Assembly (NCBI GenBank): GCA_903914945.1
Contig: CAIWQV010000015.1
Coordinates: forward strand, 10 to 64,009
Direction: 5' to 3'
Source of the DNA: an uncultured Methylophilaceae bacterium
GTDB taxonomy: Bacteria > Pseudomonadota > Gammaproteobacteria > Burkholderiales > Methylophilaceae
Length of the DNA stretch: 64,000 nucleotides
The notes beneath the pieces are model-generated. The model ran no database searches and had not been told where the DNA came from. It saw nothing but the letters and a program-made list of their open reading frames with translations. Positions 19,550-29,795 of this stretch are shown here, one piece after another. Made by a program: the position numbers and the translations under genes. How positions within the stretch are numbered: the stretch's first letter is position 1; each line of letters begins with the position of its first letter.

Positions 19550-20437
19550 ATGAAAAACCGCTGGTTAATTAATATTATTTTGTTAGTGATAGTCTTATCG
19601 ATTTCACTTTTCTTATTTCTTAAGCCTTCAGAGATAAAACAAACGAAACAATTTGCAATTAGCACATTCAACTTAAGTGATTTTGATTCTATAAAGGTAG
19701 ACTTTCCATCAAAAGCCTCAGTAATCTTCAAAAAAGATACTGAATCTTGGGAGATAATTGAGCCTATCAAAGGTAGAGCAGATCAATTTTCAGTTCAAAA
19801 AATTATTTCCATTGTAGCAACATCGAGTAGTGAAAAATTACCATCAAATGATTTAGTCAAATATGGCTTAGACAAACCAACCGTGAAACTAAAATTAATT
19901 CATAAGGGGTTAGAAGAGGAGTTTATTTTTGGCACGTATAATTCTGTAACAGAAGATCAATACCTTTTATATAAAGATAATGTATATCTGATTAGCGGTG
20001 CTTATTCAGAAGCCGCTTCAACGCAGCCTATAGAATTCATTGATAAGTCACCCTTAGGTAAATCTGAGCAAATAAAAGATTTTGATTTTTCTCGCCTTGA
20101 GCAATGGCAATCTAAACGATTAAAAGTTACTCGTAATAATAATGATTGGACTGCAAGTGAAGGTAATGCAATTAAACAAAATGAGATGGCTGAATGGCTT
20201 GATATGACGTGGGTTAAAAATCCAGCAAAGTCAGTTGAGAAATCTTCGATTGACCTGAGAATTCCATATAGGAGCTTTGATATCCATACGACCAACGGAA
20301 AAAAGATTACCTTTATACGCATACAAGAATCACCGGAAACGCAATTGTATAGAACAGATGAAGGACTACTTTACCACTTTGGGAGCGATATTGGATTTAC
20401 CATGATGAATCCTCCCATTGAACAATCTAAAAAATAA
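19550..20437 (+). CDS. DUF4340-like membrane-anchored periplasmic protein
   Basis: N-terminal anchor, W.I.EP...AD and L.KYGLDKP motifs; follows the GldG-like gene. Confidence 0.75.
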   Translation: MKNRWLINIILLVIVLSISLFLFLKPSEIKQTKQFAISTFNLSDFDSIKVDFPSKASVIFKKDTESWEIIEPIKGRADQFSVQKIISIVATSSSEKLPSNDLVKYGLDKPTVKLKLIHKGLEEEFIFGTYNSVTEDQYLLYKDNVYLISGAYSEAASTQPIEFIDKSPLGKSEQIKDFDFSRLEQWQSKRLKVTRNNNDWTASEGNAIKQNEMAEWLDMTWVKNPAKSVEKSSIDLRIPYRSFDIHTTNGKKITFIRIQESPETQLYRTDEGLLYHFGSDIGFTMMNPPIEQSKK

Positions 20438-20445
20438 ATTTCCCT

Positions 20446-21261
20446 ATGCCTGAACTTCCAGAGGTTGAGATTACCTGTATAGGTCTCAAGCCTATAGTAA
20501 AGAAATCCATTTCAAATATCGTTGTTAGAAATCCATCTTTAAGATGGCCAATTCCATCACATCTAAAAAAAACGCTTCCTAACCAAAAAATACTTCATGT
20601 CAAAAGACGCGCTAAATATATTCTTATTCAGTTTGAAAAGGCGTGCCTTATGATTCATTTAGGTATGTCAGGACGGCTTGAGATTTTAGATAAAGAGACA
20701 CCCCCACAAAAGCATGATCATGTCGATATTGGATTTCATAATTCAGAAAATATTTTAAGGTATACAGACCCAAGAAGATTTGGCTCTATTTTGTGGATAG
20801 CTGGAGACATAAAAGATCATTTTTTAATTGCTAGATTAGGCCCAGAGCCATTAGAAGACTTATTTACTGGAGAGTATTTATTTGCAAAGGCTCATAATAA
20901 AAGATCACCCATTAAAAATATTATTATGGATGGTCATATTGTTGTAGGCGTTGGAAATATATATGCAAGCGAATCCTTATTTAAAGCCGGAGTACTTCCA
21001 AGTAAATTAGGTAAGGATATTACGCTTAAAGAATGCGTAAAGATTGTTAAGTATATTAAGACTACATTAAAAAAAGCGATTGAATTAGGCGGAAGCTCGC
21101 TTAAAGATTTTTATAATGTGAATGGACAGTCCGGTTATTTTCAGCAAACTTATAATGTTTATGGAAGGAAAGGGAAGCCTTGCCGAAAGTGTAAGTCAAT
21201 TATTGAAAATATAAAAATTGGACAGCGCTCAAGCTTCTTTTGTATTAAATGTCAGAATTAA
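20446..21261 (+). CDS. mutM: Formamidopyrimidine-DNA glycosylase
   Basis: MPELPEVE, HLGMSG, DPRRFG, GNIYASE, C-terminal zinc finger. Confidence 0.97.
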   Translation: MPELPEVEITCIGLKPIVKKSISNIVVRNPSLRWPIPSHLKKTLPNQKILHVKRRAKYILIQFEKACLMIHLGMSGRLEILDKETPPQKHDHVDIGFHNSENILRYTDPRRFGSILWIAGDIKDHFLIARLGPEPLEDLFTGEYLFAKAHNKRSPIKNIIMDGHIVVGVGNIYASESLFKAGVLPSKLGKDITLKECVKIVKYIKTTLKKAIELGGSSLKDFYNVNGQSGYFQQTYNVYGRKGKPCRKCKSIIENIKIGQRSSFFCIKCQN

Positions 21262-22698
21262 TTAATGTTGAGTAGTAAATCTTAAGGAGAGCTTAGGCCC
21301 AAGCGAGCCAATAAGCATGCCGCTGACGCTTGCAATAAGCCCAGCAAATTGTGCTGGAACGAATGGATCGTCTATAAAAATCAAAATACTCAACCAAGTA
21401 ACGAGGCCAAAGACTATTGAAAGCAAAGCGCCTTGATTCGTTGCTCTTTTCCAATAAACGCCGCATGCAAGCGGAATGAATGCTGTAACTAATGTAATTT
21501 GATAAGCATTTTCAACCATCTTAAAAATACTTAATTTAGAATTAATCGCGTAAAGCGTCACAATTAAAGTAAATACAACAGTGACGATTCTCATCCAATG
21601 AAGCAAATGTTCATCTTTAATATGGCCACGACGACTTAAAAATGGCTTTAAAATGTTTTCAGTAAAAGTCACGGACGGTGCTAGCAATGTTGCCGATGCG
21701 CAACTTTTAATTGCAGACAATAATGCACCAAAGAACAAGACTTGCGCTAATAGAGGAGCATGATCAAGAACCAAAGTTGGCAAGATGAGTTGTGGATCAG
21801 AGCTTATTAGACGGTCTACCATTTCAGGATCAATGATTTGTGCAGACGATGCTAAGAAAATAGGAACAAATGCAAATAAGAAATATAAGCATCCACCTAA
21901 TATTGATCCCCAAATTGCGATTTTAATTGTTTTGGAAGATTGGACCCTTTGAAAAACATCTTGTTGGGGAATTGATCCAAACATCATAGTCATCCAGGCT
22001 GCTGTAAATGCTAGAATTTCTTTAAGATCCAAAGGTGGCCAGAAGCTTAATTTTCCAGCTGACGCTACATGGTGAAACACATTAGTTACTCCGCCAGCCA
22101 TATCACTAACTTGGCTGCTGATAAAAAGCATCCCTAAACAAATAATAATCATCTGAAGCAAGTCCGTGACTGCAACAGCCCACATACCACCAAATACCGT
22201 GTATATAAGAATAGTGCCTGAGCCAATCCACATACCAGTAATTTTGCTTATTGAGCCTGCTGAAACAATATTAAATACTAATCCAAGGGCATTTATTTGT
22301 GCACCTACCCAGCCCAGGTAAGAAATGATAATTGCAATAGTAGTAAGAACCTCAATGCTGTGCGTATATCTTCTTTTATAAAAGTCACCAATTGTTAATA
22401 AGTTCATTCGGTATAAAGGCGCTGCAAAAAACACACCAACAAGAATTAGGCATAAAGAGGATCCGAAGGGGTCTGCAACAATTCCATGAAGACCACTTTG
22501 AAGGAAGGTAGCAGGTATACCTAATACAGCTTCAGAGCCAAACCAAGTCGCAAAAACAGTAGCAGTGACCATATAAAATGGCAAGTGTCTTCCTGCCACA
22601 GCAAAATCTCGAGTGTTATGAACTTTACTGGCCGCCCAAAGCCCAATAAGCACAGAGATAAGCCAATACGCAATTACAAACCAGAGTAACAAGTTCAA
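21262..22698 (-). CDS. Sodium:solute symporter (SSS) family protein
   Basis: DFAVAGR, FATWFGSE, YTVFGGMWAVAVTD and QQDVFQR motifs; about 13 TM helices. Confidence 0.9.
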   Translation of the reverse strand: MNLLLWFVIAYWLISVLIGLWAASKVHNTRDFAVAGRHLPFYMVTATVFATWFGSEAVLGIPATFLQSGLHGIVADPFGSSLCLILVGVFFAAPLYRMNLLTIGDFYKRRYTHSIEVLTTIAIIISYLGWVGAQINALGLVFNIVSAGSISKITGMWIGSGTILIYTVFGGMWAVAVTDLLQMIIICLGMLFISSQVSDMAGGVTNVFHHVASAGKLSFWPPLDLKEILAFTAAWMTMMFGSIPQQDVFQRVQSSKTIKIAIWGSILGGCLYFLFAFVPIFLASSAQIIDPEMVDRLISSDPQLILPTLVLDHAPLLAQVLFFGALLSAIKSCASATLLAPSVTFTENILKPFLSRRGHIKDEHLLHWMRIVTVVFTLIVTLYAINSKLSIFKMVENAYQITLVTAFIPLACGVYWKRATNQGALLSIVFGLVTWLSILIFIDDPFVPAQFAGLIASVSGMLIGSLGPKLSLRFTTQH

Positions 22699-22709
22699 GA
22701 TCCCTAAAT

Positions 22710-24254
22710 TTATTTAATGAAATAAAACAAGACTACTAAATTTACCAATAAAGTAATTCCAATGAAAGTAATTATGATTTTAAACCAGTAATTCTGATTT
22801 TTTTGGACTATCAAGAGACGCTCAATATCCTCTCGGCTAATTATATTTTTATTGCTATATTTTTTTTGCTCTAGAAATTCATGGATAAGTCTTGGCAATT
22901 CTGGAGTTAAATGAAGCCAGTGAGGCAGTTCATTTTTTAAACTCTTTAGAATATGTTTAATACCTTTTTGTTCTGACATATATTTTTTCAAAAATGGGGC
23001 GGCTGTTTTCCATAAGTCTAAATCAGGATCTAGGTTTCGACCAAGACCTTCTACATTTAAAAGTGTTTTTTGCAGCATAGTGAGTTGAGGCTGAATTTCC
23101 ATATTAAATCTTCTAGAGGTTTGAAACAGCCTAATAAGAAGGCGACCAAATGATATTTCTTTTAATGGCTTATTAAAAATAGGCTCACATACTGATCGTA
23201 TTGCATTTTCAAACTCATCCAAAGAGGTATTCTTAGGCACCCAACCCGATTCGATATGGGCAAGTGCTACGTCATGATAGTCACGCTTAAAAAAGGCTAA
23301 AAAATTACGTGCTAGATAGTTTTTATCATTCTCACTAAGAGATCCCATGATACCGAAGTCCATAGCGATATAACGACCATCATCTGCAACCTGAATGTTC
23401 CCAGGATGCATATCTGCGTGAAAAAAACTATCTCTAAATACTTGGGTAAAGAATATTTCTACACCATTGCGCGCGAGTTGTTTAATATCAATTTTTTTCT
23501 TTCGAAGTGTTTCGATATGACTAATAGGCGTGCCATACATTCTTTCCATCACCATGACATCTTCGTTACAGAAATCCCAATAGACTTCTGGCACGATAAG
23601 CAATTTTTTGTCTTTAAAATTTTCACCTAAACGACTGCAATTTGCTGCGTCTAACATAAGGTTTAGTTCGCATTGAACATGCTTTGAAAATTCAGCCACA
23701 ACCTCTCTTGGCCTTAATCGTTTGCCGTCAGACCAGATTAATTCAAGCATATGGGCAATGAGATAAAGTAAATTAATATCTTTATCAATGACGCGCTTAA
23801 TATTGGGCCTTAGTATTTTAACTGCAACATTTTTTCCATCATGAAGTGTTGCGAAATGCACTTGGGCAACCGATGCGCTTGCTATAGGAATTGGGTTAAA
23901 TGTTTTGAAAATTTTATCTAACGGCATGCTATATGACGCATTAATAATTGCTTCTACATCTTTATAAGGGAAAGGCGGTACTTGATCTTGAAGTTTAGCT
24001 AACTCATCTGCAATATCTAAAGGAATGAGATCCCTTCTAGTAGAGAGCATTTGACCAAATTTAACGAAAATAGGACCTAAATTTTCAAGCGCAAGCCTAA
24101 GCCTTATGCCTCTATTTTCTTTATGTGACCTAAAGAAAAATATTATCGAGATAAAACGAGCAAGAAGATTAAGTTGTCGATTGAATGTAATGTATTCTTC
24201 AAGTCTATACTTAAGAAGTATGTAGATTATATAAATTAGTCTAAAGTACTTCAT
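22710..24254 (-). CDS. ubiB: Ubiquinone biosynthesis kinase-like protein UbiB
   Basis: LGPIFVKFGQMLSTR, ASASVAQVH, FFHADMHPGN and DFGI motifs. Confidence 0.96.
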   Translation of the reverse strand: MKYFRLIYIIYILLKYRLEEYITFNRQLNLLARFISIIFFFRSHKENRGIRLRLALENLGPIFVKFGQMLSTRRDLIPLDIADELAKLQDQVPPFPYKDVEAIINASYSMPLDKIFKTFNPIPIASASVAQVHFATLHDGKNVAVKILRPNIKRVIDKDINLLYLIAHMLELIWSDGKRLRPREVVAEFSKHVQCELNLMLDAANCSRLGENFKDKKLLIVPEVYWDFCNEDVMVMERMYGTPISHIETLRKKKIDIKQLARNGVEIFFTQVFRDSFFHADMHPGNIQVADDGRYIAMDFGIMGSLSENDKNYLARNFLAFFKRDYHDVALAHIESGWVPKNTSLDEFENAIRSVCEPIFNKPLKEISFGRLLIRLFQTSRRFNMEIQPQLTMLQKTLLNVEGLGRNLDPDLDLWKTAAPFLKKYMSEQKGIKHILKSLKNELPHWLHLTPELPRLIHEFLEQKKYSNKNIISREDIERLLIVQKNQNYWFKIIITFIGITLLVNLVVLFYFIK

Positions 24255-24811
24255 AGCTTTTTGAGTCTAAGCTCTAAACGATCCACGTCAAATCGTAAAC
24301 GGTCAACACCACTATTAAATTGTTCCACTAATCTTTTCTTTGCAATCAGTGGCTTTTCTTCGAGCCAATACTCTGTAAAAGTGTCCGCTATATTAAATGA
24401 TGTTTTTTTTGTGGAGTGAACTACTTTTTTTCCAAGTTTTACGAGATGATATGCTGGAATATCACCAATTATCTGACTTAAATCATCTTCATAATCCCAC
24501 TCAACATCTTTCAAAAGATTACTCATTGCTGTAGCAAAGTCGATATCACCTTTAATTTCAATATGGGCTTTTTTATTTCCACGCATAAGTTCAATCGCTG
24601 ACGAAATTGATAATTTAATTTCTGCATCATAAGTATCAATATGATCCCTATATTCTGGCAGACCACTCTCATTAATTATTAATGCGTAATGTATAGGACC
24701 TACATTAAACAAAATAGATTTTGATTTGTGCTTGGAAAGATCTTTCTTCAGCCACTCATTCTGTTGAAACAAATGATTAGTGAGCTTTGATTTAATTGTG
24801 TCAATGATCAA
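24251..24811 (-). CDS. ubiJ: Ubiquinone accessory factor UbiJ
   Basis: SCP2-like region, [19 protein letters not shown]; lies between ubiE and ubiB. Confidence 0.85.
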   Translation of the reverse strand: MIIDTIKSKLTNHLFQQNEWLKKDLSKHKSKSILFNVGPIHYALIINESGLPEYRDHIDTYDAEIKLSISSAIELMRGNKKAHIEIKGDIDFATAMSNLLKDVEWDYEDDLSQIIGDIPAYHLVKLGKKVVHSTKKTSFNIADTFTEYWLEEKPLIAKKRLVEQFNSGVDRLRFDVDRLELRLKKL

Positions 24812-25560
24812 AACTTGTATCCCATATGAATAGCCACTACACCTGAAGATAAATTAAGATATTCAACTTTGGAGAAGGATTCTTCTTCCATCATGACTTT
24901 TAATGATTCTTGATCGGGATGCATTCTTATAGATTCGACAAGATATTGATAGCTTGGCTCATCTTTAGCAAATAATTTCCCTAATTTTGGCAGTAATTTA
25001 AAAGAAAATTGATCATAAAAATATTGCAATGGCTTCCATACTTTTGAAAATTCTAAAATTAATATTTTTCCGCCCGGAGACAAAACGCGATAAATTTCCT
25101 TTAATGCTTTCTTTTTATCGGTCATATTACGAATTCCAAAACCTATGGTCACACAGTCAAAATAATTATCAGGAAAGGGGAGTGATTCCGCATCGCATAA
25201 TATAGAAGGTATAAAAATACCTTGATCAATTAATTTATCACGACCAATATTTAGCATAGATAAATTAATATCAGAATGTATCATTTGCCCTTTAAAATCG
25301 GCTGTTTGCGCGCCTATTTTTTTTGCAAGCAGAATAGACAAGTCTGCTGTTCCTCCAGCAATATCAAGAATGCGCGCATTCTTCTTTACGTTAGAGGTAT
25401 TTACAAGAAATTTTTTCCAAATATGATGCATGCCAAATGACATCAAGTCATTCATCAGGTCATAATTTGTTGCCACAGAATGGAATACAGAAGCTACCTT
25501 ACTGGCTTTTTCTGATGTTTCTACTTCACTGAAGCCAAAATGTGTTTTTTTATTAGACAT
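24808..25560 (-). CDS. ubiE: Quinone C-methyltransferase UbiE
   Basis: [25 protein letters not shown] and [10 protein letters not shown] motifs. Confidence 0.96.
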   Translation of the reverse strand: MSNKKTHFGFSEVETSEKASKVASVFHSVATNYDLMNDLMSFGMHHIWKKFLVNTSNVKKNARILDIAGGTADLSILLAKKIGAQTADFKGQMIHSDINLSMLNIGRDKLIDQGIFIPSILCDAESLPFPDNYFDCVTIGFGIRNMTDKKKALKEIYRVLSPGGKILILEFSKVWKPLQYFYDQFSFKLLPKLGKLFAKDEPSYQYLVESIRMHPDQESLKVMMEEESFSKVEYLNLSSGVVAIHMGYKF

Positions 25561-25933
25561 CCGTGTTTATTCTTTGAATACCCGCCATAGATAATTTTTT
25601 TAAATACTCTTCCCAGAGCACATCATATGTAGCAGCAAGCTCATAAAGATAATCCCATGTATAGATGCCTGTATTATGGCCATCCGAAAATATTAATTTA
25701 ATCGCGTACTGACCCACAGCCTCAATATTTTCTATAGCGACATTTTCTTTATGCACTTGAAGTGTTTCTTGTCCTGGCCCGTGACCTTTTACTTCAGCGG
25801 ATGGTGAATGCACTCGAAGAAATTCGCACGAAAGCATACATTCGGTTTTATTGTTAAATTTAATTTCTAACAGTTTGGATGCTTGATGAAGCTTAATTTC
25901 TAAAGGGTATATTTTAGCGTTACTTGTTGTCAC
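25553..25933 (-). CDS. DUF971 (GBBH-like N-terminal domain) protein
   Basis: [16 protein letters not shown] and [12 protein letters not shown] motifs; GTG start. Confidence 0.88.
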   Translation of the reverse strand: MTTSNAKIYPLEIKLHQASKLLEIKFNNKTECMLSCEFLRVHSPSAEVKGHGPGQETLQVHKENVAIENIEAVGQYAIKLIFSDGHNTGIYTWDYLYELAATYDVLWEEYLKKLSMAGIQRINTDV

Positions 25934-25993
25934 TTTGTGGGAAAGCCTAAAAAAACTATATTATCGGAGGTCTTTTGGCTTTTTTGGTAAAAA

Positions 25994-26854
25994 TTAACGA
26001 ATAGAAGATTGCATTAACATTTTAATTTTTTTCATTGCTGCTTGTTCGATCTGTCTAATTCTTTCAGCAGATACACCAAGTTTGTCTGCAAGCTCGTGGA
26101 GTGTTGAGGAGTCTTTATCCTTAAGCCACCTTTCCTCCAGAATAAGACGACTTCTTTCATCAAGCGATGAAAGTGCTTTATTGAGAGAAGATAAACTATT
26201 ACCTTCAGATTGATCTATCTCCATTTTTTCTGATGGCTCAGGCGTTTCATCTTTAAGATAAGCAATAGGCCTATAGACATCGTCTTCTGATTCTTCAGAT
26301 CCGTAATCTAGAGAAATTTCATTACCATTAAAGCGATATTCCATTTCGCGCACATCTTCAGGTTTGACATTAAGCTCTTTTGCGATCGAATTAATTTCAT
26401 CAGATTTAAGAGGCTGAAGAGTTTTTTTCATGCTTCGTAAATTAAAAAACAATTTACGTTGGGCTTTCGTCGTTGCCGTTTTAACTAAGCGCCAGTTTTT
26501 AACAATATATTCTTGAATTTCAGCTTTAATCCAGAAGATTGCGAAAGATACAAGTCTTACACCCCTTTCAGGATCAAATCGTTTTACAGCTTTCATAAGG
26601 CCAATATTGCCTTCTTGAACTAAGTCTGATTGAGGCAGCCCATAGCCGGAATAGCCTTTAGCTACCTTAGCTACTAATTTTAAGTGCGACAAAATGAGTG
26701 TTTTTGCAGCTTCGAGGTCGTTTGATGTTTTAAGGCGCATGCCAAGAGCTAACTCTTCTTCTGCGGTCAGAGAGGGAATGGCTCTAATGGACTGCATATA
26801 GCGATCGTAACTATCAACAGATCCAATTGAAGGCAAGCTTAAATCCAAAGTCAT
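25994..26854 (-). CDS. rpoH: RNA polymerase sigma-32 factor
   Basis: DLVQEGNIGLMKAVKRFDP and RpoH box QRKLFFNLR; follows ftsYEX. Confidence 0.97.
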   Translation of the reverse strand: MTLDLSLPSIGSVDSYDRYMQSIRAIPSLTAEEELALGMRLKTSNDLEAAKTLILSHLKLVAKVAKGYSGYGLPQSDLVQEGNIGLMKAVKRFDPERGVRLVSFAIFWIKAEIQEYIVKNWRLVKTATTKAQRKLFFNLRSMKKTLQPLKSDEINSIAKELNVKPEDVREMEYRFNGNEISLDYGSEESEDDVYRPIAYLKDETPEPSEKMEIDQSEGNSLSSLNKALSSLDERSRLILEERWLKDKDSSTLHELADKLGVSAERIRQIEQAAMKKIKMLMQSSIR

Positions 26855-26896
26855 TTTAATAAAATCCTTTGTAAAACTTCATTAATAAATATAATT

Positions 26897-26923
26897 TTAG
26901 CACTCTTCATAAGAGAGTGCTAG
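26897..26923. promoter_or_regulatory. CIRCE element (HrcA operator) upstream of rpoH
   Basis: TTAGCACTC-N9-GAGTGCTAG, one mismatch to the consensus; hrcA is in this window. Confidence 0.93.
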
Positions 26924-26937
26924 CTTAATAAAGTTCC
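26910..26937 (-). promoter_or_regulatory. Putative sigmaE-type promoter of rpoH
   Basis: GGAACTT-N16-TCTTA on the minus strand, similar to E. coli rpoH P3. Confidence 0.6.
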
Positions 26938-26979
26938 AAAAATAGTAGATTAACCTAATAAATACAATAGGTTAGATCG

Positions 26980-27876
26980 CTATAATTTCCTAATCGATTG
27001 ATTTATGGAGATGAAAGATGCAGCCACAGCGATCAAAGCTGAGCTTCCTATGATGGATAAATATTCCAAAGGTTTTAAGTCAATAATAATAAATTGAGCC
27101 CCATAGAGAGCCTCAACCTCAATGACACTATGATTTAAGAAAATGACAATTAATTTGAGCGTGATGGCAGCAGTTAATCCACCTCCAAGGCCGTAAATAA
27201 AGCCGCTGTATAAAAAAGGCCTTCTAATAAATTGACTCGTAGCACCGATTAATTTGCTCAGTTCAATTTCTTCATGATGTGAAGCCATTTGAAGACGCAT
27301 TGTATTTCCAATCACTACCGTCAGCATAGAGGCTAGTAAAACGGAAGCCAAAAGAATGGCTTTATTTGCCAAATGAAGCACTGAGTTCAATTTTTTAACC
27401 CAGCCTGTATCAACAACTACCTGATCTATACCATCAAGCGTATCTAAAAAGGATTTTAATTCACCGATTTGATTTGGATTAACAGTATTGGGAGAAATAA
27501 AGAAAGCATCGGGAAGGGGATTTTCAGACAGTCCATTGTTTGAGTCATTAAAGCCCATTGATTTTTGTAGCTTAGACCAAGCTTCTTCTTTTTTGACAAA
27601 ATGATAGCTATTAATTTCTGAGCGATTTTTTAATTCTCTTTCAATTTTATTTTTAGCGTCAGTTGATGTGTCTTTTTTTAGAAAGATACTAACCTGTGAT
27701 TCATGCTGAATATTTTCAGAAATTGATTTTAAATTTTGCACTATAAGAAAAGATATACTTGGTAATATAAAAGTGACACCTATAACTAAAAACATCATAA
27801 GTGTAGTAAGTAAGGACGCATGGCTTCGCTGAAGCGCTTTAAGAAACATCTGATAATGAGATATGAAATAGTTCAT
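26980..27876 (-). CDS. ftsX: Cell division permease-like protein FtsX
   Basis: ENPLPDAF and EEIELSKLIGATSQFIRRPFLY motifs. Confidence 0.93.
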   Translation of the reverse strand: MNYFISHYQMFLKALQRSHASLLTTLMMFLVIGVTFILPSISFLIVQNLKSISENIQHESQVSIFLKKDTSTDAKNKIERELKNRSEINSYHFVKKEEAWSKLQKSMGFNDSNNGLSENPLPDAFFISPNTVNPNQIGELKSFLDTLDGIDQVVVDTGWVKKLNSVLHLANKAILLASVLLASMLTVVIGNTMRLQMASHHEEIELSKLIGATSQFIRRPFLYSGFIYGLGGGLTAAITLKLIVIFLNHSVIEVEALYGAQFIIIDLKPLEYLSIIGSSALIAVAASFISINQSIRKL

Positions 27877-28539
27877 TTATTGCTCAGTAATTTTAATAAG
27901 ATTGCCAGCCTGTAGAAAAAGTTGCTTATGTTTTCTTGAAATTAGTGGCATTTCATGTGTTGCTATAATTACAGTCACACCAAGCTCTTGAAAACTGTAA
28001 AAGAGATTCATAATTTCATCTGCATATTTTTTATCTAAATTTCCTGTAGGCTCATCGGCAAGGAGGATGGAGGGCCTGCAAGCGATAGCCCTAGCAATTG
28101 CAAGGCGCTGTTGTTCTCCGCCTGATAAACTAATTGGCATTGATTTTTCCCTACTAAGTAAACCGACTTTGTCTAAAGCTGCACGAACTCGGCCTTTGAT
28201 ATCGTTGCTACTAACATCATTAATTTCTAGAGGCAGCGCAATATTTTCATAACAATTGCGATCATATAGAAGTTTATGGTCTTGAAAAACCAAACCAAAT
28301 TTTCTTCTAATGTAAGGAATAGAATCACTTTTTATTTGGCTTAGATTTTGATTCTCAAAAATAATTGTTCCATGCGAAGGCGGTTCAATTGCAGTAATTA
28401 ATTTTAATAAAGTAGATTTTCCTGCGCCAGAAGGGCCCGTTACAAAAACAAGTTCGCCAGCATTAATTTCAAAAGTAATATTTTGTAACGCTTCTAAGTT
28501 TCCTGGATATCTTTTATGAACTTGATCAAATTTAATCAT
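27877..28539 (-). CDS. ftsE: Cell division ATP-binding protein FtsE
   Basis: GPSGAGKST, VFQDHKLL, LSGGEQQR and ADEPTGNLD motifs; ftsY-ftsE-ftsX order. Confidence 0.94.
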   Translation of the reverse strand: MIKFDQVHKRYPGNLEALQNITFEINAGELVFVTGPSGAGKSTLLKLITAIEPPSHGTIIFENQNLSQIKSDSIPYIRRKFGLVFQDHKLLYDRNCYENIALPLEINDVSSNDIKGRVRAALDKVGLLSREKSMPISLSGGEQQRLAIARAIACRPSILLADEPTGNLDKKYADEIMNLFYSFQELGVTVIIATHEMPLISRKHKQLFLQAGNLIKITEQ

Positions 28540-28554
28540 TAATAAAAACCGATG

Positions 28555-29703
28555 TTAGAAAAGTGCATCAACATATTCCTGCGCATTAAAAACTTTAAGA
28601 TCATCTATAGACTCACCCACGCCAATATATCTTAGAGGGGTAGGGTGTTCCTTAGCGATAGCAGCGATTACACCACCTTTGGCTGTTCCATCAAGTTTAG
28701 TCAGAGCAAGGCCTGTAATACCTAAAGCCTCATTAAATATTTTGAGTTGACTGATAGCATTTTGGCCTGTATTTGCATCCAATACGAGAAGAATTTCATG
28801 GGGGGCTTCCGAATGACATTTATTAATTACACGCTTAATTTTTGTAATTTCATCAATCAGATGTTTCTGGGTGGGTAATCTTCCTGCTGTATCAGCAATA
28901 ACAATATCAATATTTTTTGCTTTTGCAGAATTGATAGCATCAAAAATTACAGCGCTTGGGTCACCAGAAGCTTGTGAAACAACATGAACATTATTTCTTT
29001 CACCCCAAACTTGAAGCTGCTCTGTCGCCGCGGCTCGGAAAGTATCACCCGCAGCAATCAAGACAGATTTATTTTCATCAAGAAAAATTTTAGTTAACTT
29101 TCCAATGGTAGTTGTTTTGCCTGCACCGTTTACCCCAACAACCATAATGACAAATGGATATGTTCCATTTAATACGAGCGGATTTTCAATAGGAGTTAAG
29201 AGTTGGAGTAATTTTTCTTTAAGTAAACCCTTAATTTCATCTGCATTTTCAATATTGTTCTTTTTGACAGAGTTTCTAATGCTATCCAGAAGGAAAGTGG
29301 TAGCCGAAATACCCACATCAGATGTAAGCAAAATGGTTTCTAGCTCTTCGAAGAGCGATTCATCTATTTTTTTACCCGTAAATAGTGTTGTAAGTTCCGC
29401 AGTTAATTTTTCTCTGGTTTTAGTAAGGCCTTTCTTTATCTTGTCAGCAAAGCTAAAAAAACCGCTCTTTTTTTCTTCTTTTTTAATTTCAATAGGTTTT
29501 TTATCGATAACTTTAGGAGTCGATTTTATTGGGCGCTCAGTCTTTAAAGCTTTTTTCTTTTCTGGGAGCTTGGGGGCATTAGTAACTTTTTGTGCTGGAG
29601 CCGGTGTTGACTTTTTTTGTGGTTTTTTGACGACTTCTTTTTTTGCCGCAGGTTTCTTTTCTGGGCTATCTTTTTTTATAATTTTTTTTAGGAATTCAAA
29701 CAT
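28555..29703 (-). CDS. ftsY: Signal recognition particle receptor FtsY
   Basis: GVNGAGKTTT, DTFRAAA, DTAGR and TKLDGTAKGG motifs; Lys-rich N-terminus. Confidence 0.97.
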   Translation of the reverse strand: MFEFLKKIIKKDSPEKKPAAKKEVVKKPQKKSTPAPAQKVTNAPKLPEKKKALKTERPIKSTPKVIDKKPIEIKKEEKKSGFFSFADKIKKGLTKTREKLTAELTTLFTGKKIDESLFEELETILLTSDVGISATTFLLDSIRNSVKKNNIENADEIKGLLKEKLLQLLTPIENPLVLNGTYPFVIMVVGVNGAGKTTTIGKLTKIFLDENKSVLIAAGDTFRAAATEQLQVWGERNNVHVVSQASGDPSAVIFDAINSAKAKNIDIVIADTAGRLPTQKHLIDEITKIKRVINKCHSEAPHEILLVLDANTGQNAISQLKIFNEALGITGLALTKLDGTAKGGVIAAIAKEHPTPLRYIGVGESIDDLKVFNAQEYVDALF

Positions 29704-29795
29704 TTTTTAAAATATTAAGAACTTTATGAGATAAAGAAACTCTACGAAACAATCATATTCATTATAATAGCTAAATCACTTAAGGATGAGACGCC

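Noticed and set aside
29105-29710. 201 aa plus-strand ORF antisense to ftsY
   Set aside because: Shadow of the Lys-rich ftsY frame (Phe/Leu/Ser-rich), with no motifs or RBS
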